DNA from: an uncultured Pseudomonadales bacterium
GTDB lineage: Bacteria; Pseudomonadota; Gammaproteobacteria; Pseudomonadales; UBA7434
DNA: 64,000 bases
Direction of reading: 5' to 3'
Assembly (NCBI GenBank): GCA_943787705.1
Contig: CALSNL010000001.1
Coordinates: 396,765 to 460,764 of the forward strand
This document shows, piece by piece, positions 1 to 12,107 of the stretch (within the stretch, counting starts at the first letter, position 1; every line of letters starts with the position of its first letter). Made by a program: the position numbers and the translations under genes. The notes beneath the pieces are model-generated. The model searched no databases, was not told where the DNA came from, and worked only from the letters and a program-made list of their open reading frames with translations.

Positions 1-1245
1 GTTGCTGAAGCGCTGACCATTAAAGGTTACCAATTAGATAAGGCGCAATTTGAAGCGCTTGATGCTGAGCGTAAGCACAGTGATATTGAATCGCAGTCGT
101 TATTAGCTAAGCGTAAGCAAGCCTCTAAGAAAATTGGAGAGTTGGTGCAGAGTGGATTATCGGTTGATGATGCCAAAGCGCAAGTGAATGAAACGTTGGC
201 GCTTATTGATAGCAGCCTCTCAACACTTAAGCAGCAAGCCAGTAATGTCGATGAAAAACTCCAGCAGTTTTTATATGACGTTCCTAATATTCCCGACGCT
301 GAAGTACCTGCCGGTAAAGATGAGTCAGATAATGTTGAAGTGCTTCGCTGGGGTACACCGCGTTCATTTGATTTTGATGTGCTTGATCATGTTGCACTCG
401 GTGCAAAAGCTCAAGGCTTAGATTTTGAAGTGGCAGCACAAATGACAGGCACTCGTTTTGCGGTTTTAAAAGGTGGTGTTGCACGTTTACATCGTGCCTT
501 GGCGCAATTTATGCTCGATCAACATACCGATGAGAATAACTATTTGGAAGTGAATGTGCCGTTAATTGTTAATGCGGAAGCGTTAACCGGAACTGGGCAG
601 CTACCTAAGTTTGAAGAGGACCTTTTTAAGCTAACGGTAGATTCTGACTATTACTTAATCCCAACAGCCGAAGTGCCTGTAACGAATCTTGTGCGTGACA
701 CGATTGTTGATGTCAAAACACTGCCGCTTAAGTTTGTTGCTCATACATCTTGTTTTCGAAGTGAAGCGGGCAGTCATGGTCGCGATACCCGCGGTTTAAT
801 TCGTCAGCATCAGTTTGAAAAAGTTGAGCTAGTGCAGGTGGTTAAAGCCGAAGATTCTGCTCAAGCACTCGAGACATTAACAGGGCATGCTGAGTCTATT
901 CTTCAAAAATTAGATTTGCCCTACCGTAAAGTGATTTTATGTGGCGGTGATTTGTCTTTTGGTTCTCGTAAAACCTATGACCTTGAAGTGTGGCTGCCAG
1001 CACAAGACTGTTATCGTGAAATTAGTTCATGCAGCAACTTTGGTGATTATCAAGCTCGACGATTAAAAGCGCGCACTCGCAGTGCGGAGTCAGCAAAGCC
1101 AGAACTGCTTCATACTTTAAACGGTTCGGGTTTGGCCGTGGGTCGTACCTTGGTTGCCGTACTTGAAAACCATCAAAATCAGGATGGCACTATTAGTATT
1201 CCTAAAGCCTTACAGCCTTATATGAACGGTTTACTTAGTATTTAA
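1..1245 (+). CDS. serS: seryl-tRNA synthetase, 5' end cut by window edge
   Basis: Frame 1 is open from nt 1, upstream of the tracked ORF 142..1245. Class II aaRS-like segments [21 protein letters not shown] and [19 protein letters not shown] are present. The size fits the C-terminal ~415 aa of SerRS. Confidence 0.95.
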   Translation, partial: VAEALTIKGYQLDKAQFEALDAERKHSDIESQSLLAKRKQASKKIGELVQSGLSVDDAKAQVNETLALIDSSLSTLKQQASNVDEKLQQFLYDVPNIPDAEVPAGKDESDNVEVLRWGTPRSFDFDVLDHVALGAKAQGLDFEVAAQMTGTRFAVLKGGVARLHRALAQFMLDQHTDENNYLEVNVPLIVNAEALTGTGQLPKFEEDLFKLTVDSDYYLIPTAEVPVTNLVRDTIVDVKTLPLKFVAHTSCFRSEAGSHGRDTRGLIRQHQFEKVELVQVVKAEDSAQALETLTGHAESILQKLDLPYRKVILCGGDLSFGSRKTYDLEVWLPAQDCYREISSCSNFGDYQARRLKARTRSAESAKPELLHTLNGSGLAVGRTLVAVLENHQNQDGTISIPKALQPYMNGLLSI

Positions 1246-1274
1246 TTTCAGCTTTTTTTTGATGGTCGTGTTCT

Positions 1275-2669
1275 TTGGATTATTTACCGCTGTGCTTTAA
1301 GGTTAAAAAAAGATCTTGCCTGATTATTGGCGGCGGCACCATCGCCTATAGAAAAGCGGTTTTGTTAAATAAAGCCGGTGCGACAATTAATGTTGTAGCG
1401 CCGAAAATTGACCCGAAATTAGCAGATTTAGCCGAGCAGTCTGGCGGTGTTCTAACGCGACGTGAATATCATTCCGATGATCTGCAGGGTCATATCTTTA
1501 TTATTGGCGCTACCGATATTGAACCTGTTAATCAACGTGTGGCGCATGATGCTAACGCATTAGGACTGTTGGTAAATATTGTTGACTCTCCCGATCTCTG
1601 TAATGTTATTTTCCCCGCATTAATTGATAGAACCCCATTATTAATTTCCGTCTCTAGTTCAGGCGCTGCGCCGGTGCTGGCTCGTGCTATACGCAGCCAG
1701 ATAGAAAGTAGTGTGGCAGCCAATATCGGTGAGCTTGGTGATTTTATTGCCGAGCGGCGATCGGCCGTTAGAGTAGCATTAGATAATAGCGAGTCCAGAG
1801 TGCGAGAGTTCTGGGAGAACATGCTAGACAGTGAAATATCTGAGCGAGTATTAGCCGGTCGTAATGATGAAGCCGACAAGTTGTTTAATCAATACCTTAA
1901 AGGTGTTTTAGATAAGTCGGATGTCATGAAGGGCGAGGTTTATTTAGTGGGTGCAGGGCCGGGTGATCCTGATCTTTTAACCTTTAAAGCGCTTCGTCTA
2001 ATGCAGCGTGCGGATGTTGTGCTTTATGATCGACTCGTTGCACCAGCTATTGTCGATATGACCCGTCGAGATGCCGAAAGAATTTATGTGGGTAAGGCAA
2101 GAAGTAACCATGCTTTACCGCAAGGTGAAATTAATCAACTACTTATTGATTTAGCAAAGGCGGGCAATAAAGTTGTTCGTCTAAAAGGCGGTGATCCTTT
2201 TATCTTTGGCCGCGGTGGTGAGGAGATAGAAGGGCTTACTGAGCATGGTATTCCTTTTCAAATTGTACCGGGTATTTCTGCGGCTAACGGTTGTGCTTGT
2301 TATTCGGGTATACCGTTAACGCATCGTGATCATGCGCAATCGGTACGGTTTTTGACAGGCCATTTAAAAGATGGATCGATGGATCTGCCTTGGCAAGAGC
2401 TCTTGCCAGATTCACAAACGGTCGTTATTTATATGGGCCTCATTGGCCTTGAAATTATCTGTAAGCAGCTGATAGCGCATGGCAAGTCTGCTGATACGCC
2501 CATTGCATTGGTTGAGCGTGGTACCACGCCGAACCAGCAAACCCATATTGGAACGTTAGAGACCATTCATGGCATTATTCAAGGCAAGGAGGTGCATGCG
2601 CCCACTTTGATTATTATTGGCAGTGTTGTTAGCCTTCATAGTCGATTAGAGTGGCTTAATCCTGTCTAG
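1275..2669 (+). CDS. cysG: siroheme synthase (precorrin-2 dehydrogenase/ferrochelatase + uroporphyrinogen-III C-methyltransferase)
   Basis: N-terminal Rossmann segment CLIIGGGTIAYRK. C-terminal methyltransferase segments VYLVGAGPGDPDLLT and VVRLKGGDPFIFGRG. The TTG start gives MDYLPL, resembling the E. coli CysG N-terminus. Confidence 0.93.
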   Translation: MDYLPLCFKVKKRSCLIIGGGTIAYRKAVLLNKAGATINVVAPKIDPKLADLAEQSGGVLTRREYHSDDLQGHIFIIGATDIEPVNQRVAHDANALGLLVNIVDSPDLCNVIFPALIDRTPLLISVSSSGAAPVLARAIRSQIESSVAANIGELGDFIAERRSAVRVALDNSESRVREFWENMLDSEISERVLAGRNDEADKLFNQYLKGVLDKSDVMKGEVYLVGAGPGDPDLLTFKALRLMQRADVVLYDRLVAPAIVDMTRRDAERIYVGKARSNHALPQGEINQLLIDLAKAGNKVVRLKGGDPFIFGRGGEEIEGLTEHGIPFQIVPGISAANGCACYSGIPLTHRDHAQSVRFLTGHLKDGSMDLPWQELLPDSQTVVIYMGLIGLEIICKQLIAHGKSADTPIALVERGTTPNQQTHIGTLETIHGIIQGKEVHAPTLIIIGSVVSLHSRLEWLNPV

Positions 2670-2698
2670 ACCTGTCTGGTTCACATTCTTGTAGTCAA

Positions 2699-2812
2699 TT
2701 GTTCCTGATTTCTTCTCTACTTAACTTTCTACTTCTACTTCTACTTTCTGCTTCACCTTCTGTTTTTATCCTTCTCTTGTTGATTTTTCTGCTTAACAAC
2801 TATCTCTACCTT
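2699..2812. repeat. polypyrimidine (C/T-rich on + strand) low-complexity tract containing (TTCTAC)x3 at 2727..2744
   Basis: Direct reading shows ttcctgatttcttctctacttaactttctacttctacttctactttctgcttcaccttctgtttttatccttctcttg, almost devoid of purines. The tracked ORF 2699..2914 is just its translation. Confidence 0.8.
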
Positions 2813-3058
2813 GTTGATTTACAAGTACTTAGCATCTTATGCGTGATTCGAATAAAGTTTTTTTATTGTTTGCCGATACCATTAATGAGCGGCGCAGCTA
2901 GCTTTATCCGTTAGAGCTTTTTAGCCTTAAGGTTAGCTTTGTATTGCTAAGTCTATTTTGAGATCAGATTTAAGTTAAGGGATACTTTTCTCGATGTTGT
3001 TTTTTAATGTTTCTACAAGATGTTGATAAAATCAGTCTGTTAAATTTAGAGCGAATTT

Positions 3059-3301
3059 ATGGTTAACATAACGAACGTGGGATCTACAGTAACCGCGCCA
3101 GCATCAGACAATAATCAGCGCTCACCAGCAGAAACGGCGAGATCGTCCGTCAATGCTCCAAATATTGATCCAACTAGGCAGCCGAAATTTGTCGACCGAC
3201 GCCGTAATCGTGATCGTAGAATAAAAAATCAAACCCCTTTGCTTGATACGCGCAGAAATGTTGATCGTCGCCGTACAGCAAGGTTAGATATCCAAGTCTG
3301 A
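3059..3301 (+). CDS. hypothetical small Arg-rich protein (80 aa), probably disordered
   Basis: ORF with duplicated basic motif DRRRNRDRR / TRRNVDRRR. The ribosome-binding site is weak and I recognise no family. Confidence 0.35.
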   Translation: MVNITNVGSTVTAPASDNNQRSPAETARSSVNAPNIDPTRQPKFVDRRRNRDRRIKNQTPLLDTRRNVDRRRTARLDIQV

Positions 3302-3480
3302 TTTTCTTCAATCTTTAAGTTCTCTCCTTTTTTACTTTGCCAATTCCCTCTGTTATTCATATATCTAAGAATTTTTTTTGGTCGCTAAGGTCTTACTAAG
3401 CGCTATATAATTCTCATGGCCTGTTATCATCATAATCTATGAGGTAATCTTGCTTTGCGATTTTTGTTTAAAGCTTATTC

Positions 3481-4848
3481 ATGATAGGAAAAATTATTTT
3501 GTTTGACTACGATTTATTTGTTATTGGTGCTGGTTCTGGTGGAGTGAGGGCTTCAAGAATGGCTGCCGCTACTGGTGCCAGAGTTGCTGTCGCTGAAGAG
3601 AAATATTTAGGCGGTACCTGTGTCAATGTAGGTTGTGTGCCTAAAAAATTATTTTATTACGGTTCGCATTTTCATGATGATTTTAATGATGCCAAAGGCT
3701 TTGGTTGGAATGTGTCGGCTACGGAATTTGACTGGCCAACATTACGTGATAATAAAAATACAGAAATAGCTCGCCTTAATGGTATTTATCAAAAGATGCT
3801 CGATAACGCAGCTGTCGTTATTATCGAAGGGCGCGCAACTATTATAGGTAAACATACAGTAAGCATTAACGGCCAATCGATTACCGCTGAACGCATTTTG
3901 ATAGCGGCGGGCGGCCGACCCTATGTGCCGACCTTCGATGGCGCCGAGCACGTTATTACCTCCGATGAGGTGTTTTATCTTGAGCGGCTGCCTACTAATG
4001 CCTTAGTTGTTGGTGGTGGTTATATAGCCGTTGAGTTCGCCGGTATTCTTAATGGCTTGGGTGTTAATACAGAGTTGTCTTATCGTGGTGCGCAATTATT
4101 AAAGCGCTTTGATCATGATCTTGGTTCAAGGCTAGCTGACGAGCTGGTTAAAAAAGGCGTTAAGCTCTCGTTAGAGTCGGACATAGAAAGCATAACTAAG
4201 CAGTCTAACGGTTCGTTGCAGGTTCTATTTAAGTCTGGAGAAGATCGCTGTTACGGCGAGGTCTTATATGCAACCGGTCGAAAAGCTTATACGGCTGACC
4301 TTGGTTTGGCGAACACGGCTGTAGTAACACGAGATAACGGTACCATTGTTGTCGATGACTATTTCCAATCGGCGGAGCCAAGCATTTATGCCTTAGGCGA
4401 TATTATTGGCACGCCTGAGTTAACACCAGTGGCTTTGGCACAGGGTATGGCTTTTGTTGATACTTATTATAAGGGTTCGCCACGTGTTGTTGATTACGAC
4501 AATATTGCTACCGCAGTTTTTTGTCAGCCGAATATTGCGACTGTTGGTCTTACTGAAAGTGAGGCGCGTGAGCAATACGCTGATATCGATATTTACCAAT
4601 CTGAATTTCGCCATCTAAAACATACTCTGAGTGGAAACACTGAGCGTACATTTATGAAGCTAATCGTCGATGTTGCCTCTGACAAAGTGTTAGGTGTTCA
4701 TATGCTAGGTGCCGAAGCTGGCGAGATTATTCAGGGCTTAGCTGTGGCTATAAAAGCAGGAGCGACTAAAGCTGATTTCGATAGCACTATTGGGATTCAT
4801 CCAACGGCCGCTGAAGAGTTTGTAACCATGCGCGATGCAGTGAGTTGA
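3481..4848 (+). CDS. gor: glutathione-disulfide reductase
   Basis: FAD motif VIGAGSGG, redox-active disulfide GGTCVNVGCVPKK, and a C-terminal HPTAAEE dimerisation/His-Glu motif. The start may be TTG at 3499. Confidence 0.92.
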   Translation: MIGKIILFDYDLFVIGAGSGGVRASRMAAATGARVAVAEEKYLGGTCVNVGCVPKKLFYYGSHFHDDFNDAKGFGWNVSATEFDWPTLRDNKNTEIARLNGIYQKMLDNAAVVIIEGRATIIGKHTVSINGQSITAERILIAAGGRPYVPTFDGAEHVITSDEVFYLERLPTNALVVGGGYIAVEFAGILNGLGVNTELSYRGAQLLKRFDHDLGSRLADELVKKGVKLSLESDIESITKQSNGSLQVLFKSGEDRCYGEVLYATGRKAYTADLGLANTAVVTRDNGTIVVDDYFQSAEPSIYALGDIIGTPELTPVALAQGMAFVDTYYKGSPRVVDYDNIATAVFCQPNIATVGLTESEAREQYADIDIYQSEFRHLKHTLSGNTERTFMKLIVDVASDKVLGVHMLGAEAGEIIQGLAVAIKAGATKADFDSTIGIHPTAAEEFVTMRDAVS

Positions 4849-4881
4849 TAGGGTAGGTGATTGTTAATGGCTAAAAAGATA

Positions 4882-4914
4882 ACAGTCTACCTTTTCTTTA
4901 AGAGGGTAGACTGT
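4882..4914 (-). terminator. hairpin downstream of prc, between convergent gor and prc
   Basis: acagtctacc / ggtagactgt form a 10-bp stem. A T-run follows only on the minus strand (atcttttt). Confidence 0.5.
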
Positions 4915-4989
4915 GTCCAAAGCCTTTTAATTCTTAATTCGCGCTTTTCATTAGTTGAATAGCGTCGAGCAGTATGTGGCTTGTTTCTG

Positions 4990-7146
4990 TTAGTAAGAAG
5001 TCAGTTCGCGGATCTGCTTCTGCTCTCTTTCTTCTGTTTCTTTTGTTTCAGATGTTTCTACTTTTTCTGAAATTTCACTACTATCATTTTCCGCCGTCTG
5101 TGTATCGGCGTCAGTGGTAGATTCTTCGTTTAAATCTTTTATTGGAAGCCCTTTAGCCAGTCGATGAGTATTCTCAATGGCATTACGTGCTTCAGTATCA
5201 TTGTCGATAATAGAGCGGCGGACCGCTTCATTAAGCGATAACTCTGTCATGTCAGCATATTTATCATTCAGCGCAATTTGCTCTGTTAAATAAATATAGT
5301 CAGGATCATCGGCGATACGTGCTTTATGTTGCGTAGTAAGTGTGTCGACCAAAGCGCTGTAATTGCCATAGTTTCTATGTCTAATGGGCTCTACGGTATC
5401 CCAGTTAAGAGCAAAGTCGAGAGTGTCTTCACCAATTTCTTGACTGTCATAAAGCGACGGTAAAACGATATCCGGAATAACACCGCGATGCTGAGTACTA
5501 CCGCCAGATATGCGATAAAATTTTGCCTCGGTAAGCTTTAAACTGCCGTGACTTAAATCAGCCAGCTGCTGCACGGTGCCTTTACCAAATGATTGACTAC
5601 CGACAATTAATCCGCGTTCGTAATCTTGAATGGCGCCAGCAAAGATTTCAGAAGCTGATGCACTTAGACGATCAATTAATACGGCAATAGGTTTTTTGTA
5701 GTAGTTTGGGTTAGGGTAGTTAGACTGTCTTGCTACGCGTCCATTAGGTGCTCTGATTTGCACCACTGCACCACGCTCAACAAACAAACCCGTTAACTGA
5801 TTCACTTCTTGAAGTGAGCCGCCACCGTTGCCACGCAGGTCAATAACAATGCCTTCTACATTTTTTTCTTCAAGCTCTGCGAGTAGTTTGCGAACATCAC
5901 GAGTGGTGCTCTTATAATCGGCATCACCGTTACGTGAACCTTCAAAGTCAATATAAAAGGTAGGTATAGAGATAACCCCGATTTTATGCACTTCATCATT
6001 ATGGTAAATATCCAATACCGATTGCTGCGCGGCTTGCTCTTCTAATTTAACGGTGTTTCTAACAATTTGAATTAGTTTGCTTTCATCAGGGTTAACAGAG
6101 ACTTCTGATAATACCTCTAAGGTGACGGTAGTATCTTTTTTGCCCCTAATAAGCTCCACAACTTCATCAAGTCTCCAGCCAATAACATCAACACGCTCAC
6201 CATCGGCGCCTTGTGCCACGCCAATGATTTTGTCAGCAGGTTGTAATTCACCTTGTTTGTCAGCAGGACCTGCAGTAATTAAACGCTCAACAACAGTATG
6301 TTCGCCATCGCGACGTAAAACAGCCCCTATGCCTTCAAGAGATAAACGCATATTGATAGAGAAGTTCTCAGAGGTGCGTGGTGATAAATAGTTGGTGTGC
6401 GGATCATAAAGGCCCGTCAGAGAGTTAATATAAATTTGGAATGCATCTTCTGCATTTAACTGCTTAATACGCTGACGTTGATTGGTATAACGTTTAGTCA
6501 ATGTTTCAATAATAGCGGCTTCATCTTTATCGGCAAGCATTAAACCCAGTGTCGTGTTTTTGAGTGACTTTCGCGCACGGTCAGCGAGTTCATTTTTATC
6601 AGCTGCCCATGGTTGATCTTCAGCTTCGAGTAATAAGCTTTCTTCAAGTGTGAAATCTAATGCTGCAATACGTTCAGGTAATTCGGCAATCAGGGAATCA
6701 AGATGCATGAGCAATTTTTCACGGTAGCGGTTAAACATAGTAAAGCTAGGGGTAAGGTTGCCGCGACGAATACCGTCATCCAAAATTAAGCGATAGGCTT
6801 CAAACTCATTAATATCCTTTTGGCTAAAATAGCTTTTTGATGGATCTAGGCGTTTTAAATAATTATCAAATAAAGCGGATGATAGTTCGTCATCAAACTC
6901 TCGCTGCGTGTAATGACGGCGCTGTAGCTTAAGAAGAATCTCTTCAGCGGTACGAATTTGTCGAATGCTAGGCTTGAGCTCGGCAAGAGGCTCTTCTTCA
7001 AGGACTTCATCTGCAGCCTCAGGCTGGTTGTTTAATGTACTTTCTGACAAGTCATCAGGGACATTGCTAAATGCTTGTGTCGCCGAGATTGGAAGTAACA
7101 GTAAAAGAGTAAGCCAGATGCGAAGAGAGCGTTGATTTTTAAGCAT
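4990..7146 (-). CDS. prc: tail-specific (C-terminal processing) protease, S41 family
   Basis: 718 aa with a signal peptide, a PDZ-like middle region and the S41 catalytic region IAVLIDRLSASASEIFAGAIQD. Acidic C-terminal tail. Confidence 0.92.
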   Translation of the reverse strand: MLKNQRSLRIWLTLLLLLPISATQAFSNVPDDLSESTLNNQPEAADEVLEEEPLAELKPSIRQIRTAEEILLKLQRRHYTQREFDDELSSALFDNYLKRLDPSKSYFSQKDINEFEAYRLILDDGIRRGNLTPSFTMFNRYREKLLMHLDSLIAELPERIAALDFTLEESLLLEAEDQPWAADKNELADRARKSLKNTTLGLMLADKDEAAIIETLTKRYTNQRQRIKQLNAEDAFQIYINSLTGLYDPHTNYLSPRTSENFSINMRLSLEGIGAVLRRDGEHTVVERLITAGPADKQGELQPADKIIGVAQGADGERVDVIGWRLDEVVELIRGKKDTTVTLEVLSEVSVNPDESKLIQIVRNTVKLEEQAAQQSVLDIYHNDEVHKIGVISIPTFYIDFEGSRNGDADYKSTTRDVRKLLAELEEKNVEGIVIDLRGNGGGSLQEVNQLTGLFVERGAVVQIRAPNGRVARQSNYPNPNYYKKPIAVLIDRLSASASEIFAGAIQDYERGLIVGSQSFGKGTVQQLADLSHGSLKLTEAKFYRISGGSTQHRGVIPDIVLPSLYDSQEIGEDTLDFALNWDTVEPIRHRNYGNYSALVDTLTTQHKARIADDPDYIYLTEQIALNDKYADMTELSLNEAVRRSIIDNDTEARNAIENTHRLAKGLPIKDLNEESTTDADTQTAENDSSEISEKVETSETKETEEREQKQIRELTSY

Positions 7147-7331
7147 ATAATAAGATCTTTTTTGTATGTTAAATGACTGAGTAAATTAGCGAATTATTTT
7201 AAGCCTTGCCATTGAGTTGTTTGTCTATTCTACCCTAAACTATAGACCCTCGCGCAGCACTGTGTAAGGCTTTTTTCGTGAAGTGTCTAGCTCGAGCTTT
7301 TTTAGTCTTTATTATCGATGAGATATTTAAA

Positions 7332-7850
7332 ATGCCTTACGTATTACTTCTTTTTATTGCCATCCCCATTGTTGAGATGTGGCTGTTAATTTCTGTAGGA
7401 AGGCATATTGGCGCCTTACTCACCATTACATTAGTCGTTGCAACGGCTGTTATTGGTGTTTATTGGTTACGTCAACAAGGGTTTTCGACGCTTTTAAAGT
7501 TAAATGAGCGATTATCAGCCGGCGAATTACCTGCTCGGGAAATGACAGAAGGCGTGATTTTAGCCGTAGGCGGGGCGCTTCTACTCACGCCTGGCTTTGC
7601 TACCGATGCTTTAGGCTTTGCTTGTTTATTTTCGCCAACCAGATCTCTTTTAGTCAAAGTCTTATTTTCACGTTTCCAAAATGCCTTTATGGCTAATGCT
7701 ATGTCATCTGGTTCTATGTCAGGACGGCAAGCTCCGCCCGATTCTAATGCTAATCCTGATTCTAGAGGGGGCATCAATGCCGTCTTCGGCAGTCGTGATA
7801 GCGTTAATGATAATGAAGTGATTGATGGCGAATATTCTCGCGAAGACTAA
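7332..7850 (+). CDS. fxsA: FxsA family inner-membrane protein
   Basis: From the ATG at 7332 the N-terminus is MPYVLLLFIAIPIVEMWLLISVGRHIG...VIGVYWLRQQGF, which parallels E. coli FxsA. The tracked GTG start at 7278 looks too far upstream. Confidence 0.85.
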   Translation: MPYVLLLFIAIPIVEMWLLISVGRHIGALLTITLVVATAVIGVYWLRQQGFSTLLKLNERLSAGELPAREMTEGVILAVGGALLLTPGFATDALGFACLFSPTRSLLVKVLFSRFQNAFMANAMSSGSMSGRQAPPDSNANPDSRGGINAVFGSRDSVNDNEVIDGEYSRED

Positions 7851-7948
7851 AGTGGTCACTATTTGTACAAATTATAGGCCCTTTTCTTAATGATTGAATA
7901 GGATTATTCAATTAAGCTGTAAAAATAATTATAAAGTTTTATCTGCCT

Positions 7949-7978
7949 CCCTTGAATTGTCAGCAATTGCCCTTATCT
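7949..7978 (+). promoter_or_regulatory. sigma-32 (heat-shock) type promoter upstream of groES
   Basis: cCCTTGAA (7949-7956), a 13-nt spacer, then CCCTTATCT (7970-7978). The consensus is CCCTTGAA-N13/14-CCCCATNT. Confidence 0.7.
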
Positions 7979-8032
7979 AGTCTGTTCGCTATTAATTGCG
8001 CCAAATGCCATTCTTTTATTGCGGCTTGGCGC

Positions 8033-8060
8033 TTGACGTGCGCGGTTTCGTTCCTACAAT
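8033..8060 (+). promoter_or_regulatory. sigma-70 type promoter upstream of groES
   Basis: TTGACG (8033-8038), a 16-nt spacer, then TACAAT (8055-8060). Confidence 0.6.
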
Positions 8061-8213
8061 TGGCTCACTCTTATTTAGAGCTTATTTGTAGTTTTAAAGT
8101 GGCAGTTTTTTGAGCGCTAAACCGTTCCTATTTCTGCGTTAACTATCAGGTTCAAGACCTCGAACACCTAATGTGTTCGCTGTATTAATATCAATATCAG
8201 GAGATTGAAAAAG

Positions 8214-8504
8214 ATGAAAATTCGTCCCTTACACGATCGTGTAATCGTTCGTCGCAAGGAGGAAGAAGCAACCTCTGCTGGTGGTATCGTGCTACCAGGT
8301 TCTGCTAAAGAAAAACCTAATCAAGGTGAAGTTATCGCCGTTGGTAACGGTAAAGTATTAGATAACGGTGATGTACGCGCTCTTGACGTTAAAGTCGGTG
8401 ATGTTGTGGTATTCGGAAAATATGCGGGTAGCGACACGATTGATGTTGAAGGCGAAGAGCTAGTGATATTGAGCGAGTCGGATATCAAAGCGATCATCGA
8501 TTAA
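8214..8504 (+). CDS. groES: co-chaperonin GroES
   Basis: [14 protein letters not shown]..., with GGAGA 8 nt upstream of the ATG at 8214. The tracked TTG start at 8205 is unlikely. Confidence 0.97.
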   Translation: MKIRPLHDRVIVRRKEEEATSAGGIVLPGSAKEKPNQGEVIAVGNGKVLDNGDVRALDVKVGDVVVFGKYAGSDTIDVEGEELVILSESDIKAIID

Positions 8505-8584
8505 ATGGTTTCAACACGGTACTTCATATAAGTCGATACCGGTGTTGGCTCCAGTACAGATACAACAAACAATTTATTTTCTAG

Positions 8585-10261
<1,677 letters not shown>

Positions 10262-10280
10262 TTGCTAGCTTGTTTGACCA

Positions 10281-10318
10281 AAAACTCGGTGCTTTTTTAA
10301 GCACCGAGTTTTTTTTTG
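10281..10318 (+). terminator. rho-independent terminator of groESL
   Basis: aactcggtgc / gcaccgagtt stem followed by T9. Confidence 0.85.
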
Positions 10319-10499
10319 CTTGTTGCTTCTTCGATAACGATGATTTTAATGTCAATAAGCCGTTATTTATCTCACTTAGTTGCGACCAAGGGATATTAAT
10401 TACTGACGTTTGTGCATAGAATACGCGCTGTTACGGCAAAGATTTTTACCTGTATGGGTAGCCATTAATAAACGATTAATTAAAACAAGGTATTGCTTT

Positions 10500-11144
10500 A
10501 TGGATTCAGAAATTCTTAATTTTATTGTACGTTGGGGACACCTTTTATTTGGCATCACTTGGATTGGTTTGCTTTACTACTTTAACTTTATTCAAGGCGG
10601 CTATTTTAAAGCAGCTTCGCCTGAAGGCCTATCTGATGCGAAAGCAAAACTCGCTCCAGAAGCACTGTGGTGGTTCCGTTGGGGCGCAATGGCTACTTTT
10701 ATTACCGGTGTTATTTTATTAGGCATGATACATGGCAAGGGCTTATTAAATTCCTATATCGTTCTAGGCGCATTAATGGGTACATTTATGTTTTTAAATG
10801 TATGGCTAATTATTTGGCCAAACCAGAAAATCGCACTAGGTATGGTTGAAGGTGATGCTCCTGCCGCAGGTGCAAAAGCACTTTTAGCATCACGCACAAA
10901 CACCTTGTTCTCTGCGCCTATGGCTTACGGCATGTTGGGTTCTTCACATTTAGGCTACAGTGCCAATGGCTTGCTATCAGCCAATGGTCTGTCAACTGGC
11001 TTTTATATTGGCTTGGGTCTTATCGTTTTATTAGAACTTAATGCGATTTTCGGTAAGCTTGGTCCAATGGCATCGGTTAAAGGTGTTATCCATGCGAGCC
11101 TAGGTCTAACTGCGGTTATCTTTGCGATATTACATTACGTGTAG
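10500..11144 (+). CDS. hypothetical polytopic inner-membrane protein (possibly related to the membrane domain of PuuD-like proteins)
   Basis: From the ATG at 10500: MDSEILNFIVRWGHLLFGITWIGLLYYFNF, then about 5-6 hydrophobic segments. No CxxCH motif. The family assignment is from memory only. Confidence 0.6.
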   Translation: MDSEILNFIVRWGHLLFGITWIGLLYYFNFIQGGYFKAASPEGLSDAKAKLAPEALWWFRWGAMATFITGVILLGMIHGKGLLNSYIVLGALMGTFMFLNVWLIIWPNQKIALGMVEGDAPAAGAKALLASRTNTLFSAPMAYGMLGSSHLGYSANGLLSANGLSTGFYIGLGLIVLLELNAIFGKLGPMASVKGVIHASLGLTAVIFAILHYV

Positions 11145-11187
11145 TTCGTTTTTTGTACTGCTGACTATTGGTACTACTGAGAATCAG

Positions 11188-11216
11188 TAGATGCCACATA
11201 GATGCCACATAGATCG
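11188..11216. repeat. 11-bp tandem repeat (tagatgccaca x2.5)
   Basis: Direct reading of the intergenic sequence. Confidence 0.8.
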
Positions 11217-11363
11217 AGGAAAAGAGGGCGTTTACGCTCTCTTTTTTTTACAAATCAGTTTTTTACAGACCTTTTAACCATTGTCGGTTAGTCTAGTCTT
11301 ATCATTTATGCACTAAACTCTTATTTATTATTCATGAGTCATTATTAACAGGAATTATTAGCC

Positions 11364-12107
11364 ATGCCTACGCGTGACCCACGCAGAAATAACGATGATT
11401 TAAGCAATATACCTGCAATGAAGCCAGCTCATGACGAAGTCGTTAATCGGCGCAGGCAAGGGCGCTCTTCATCCAGTGCGGTTATCCCAACCCAAAGCTC
11501 AAATCGTTTAGGCTTACTCACACTCCTTATTGCTATTGCCGCTTCTGCTGCCGCTTATTATTTATATGAAGAAAATCGTGCTGCTGCCAAAGTGGCTATG
11601 CAAACTGAAATTCGTATTGCTGCTTTAGAAGCGCAGTTGGCAAACACCGGTGATGAAATGTCACAGTCTGATGCCGCTGTTAGAGTACGACTAAAAGAGC
11701 TTGATACAGAAGTGAGAAAACTTTGGGATAACGTTTGGAAAAAAAGTAAAGTATTACTTGATGAGCATAGCCTTAATATTAAAAATTTAACTACCCGAAC
11801 CGGCTCCTTAGGAAAAGACCAGAAAAAAGTGAATAAGCAGGTAGTAGAATTAAATGCCGAGTTAATGCGCTATGCAGCTTCGTTAGATGAAATTAATGAA
11901 GCGGTAGAAGAGTCACAGGTCAGCGCTAAACAATCAGCGGCCTTACAAGATAAGCTGCCTAAGTTAAGTCGAAAAATGGATAGTCACGAGCAGCGTATAA
12001 AAGCGAACGAAGAATGGGTTGAGTCTATAAATGCTTTTCGACGCCAAGTGAATAAGCAGCTAAATACGCTTAACCAGCCAGTCAATACTCAGCCAGAGTT
12101 ACAGTAG
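11364..12107 (+). CDS. hypothetical membrane-anchored coiled-coil protein
   Basis: Basic N-terminus, a single TM segment (LGLLTLLIAIAASAAAYYLY), then a long heptad-like Q/E/K-rich region. AGGAA lies upstream of the ATG. Confidence 0.6.
   Translation: MPTRDPRRNNDDLSNIPAMKPAHDEVVNRRRQGRSSSSAVIPTQSSNRLGLLTLLIAIAASAAAYYLYEENRAAAKVAMQTEIRIAALEAQLANTGDEMSQSDAAVRVRLKELDTEVRKLWDNVWKKSKVLLDEHSLNIKNLTTRTGSLGKDQKKVNKQVVELNAELMRYAASLDEINEAVEESQVSAKQSAALQDKLPKLSRKMDSHEQRIKANEEWVESINAFRRQVNKQLNTLNQPVNTQPELQ

Noticed and set aside
2699-2914. 71-aa Leu/Ser/Phe-rich ORF downstream of cysG
   Set aside because: It is simply the translation of the polypyrimidine tract. It is low-complexity, with no start context.
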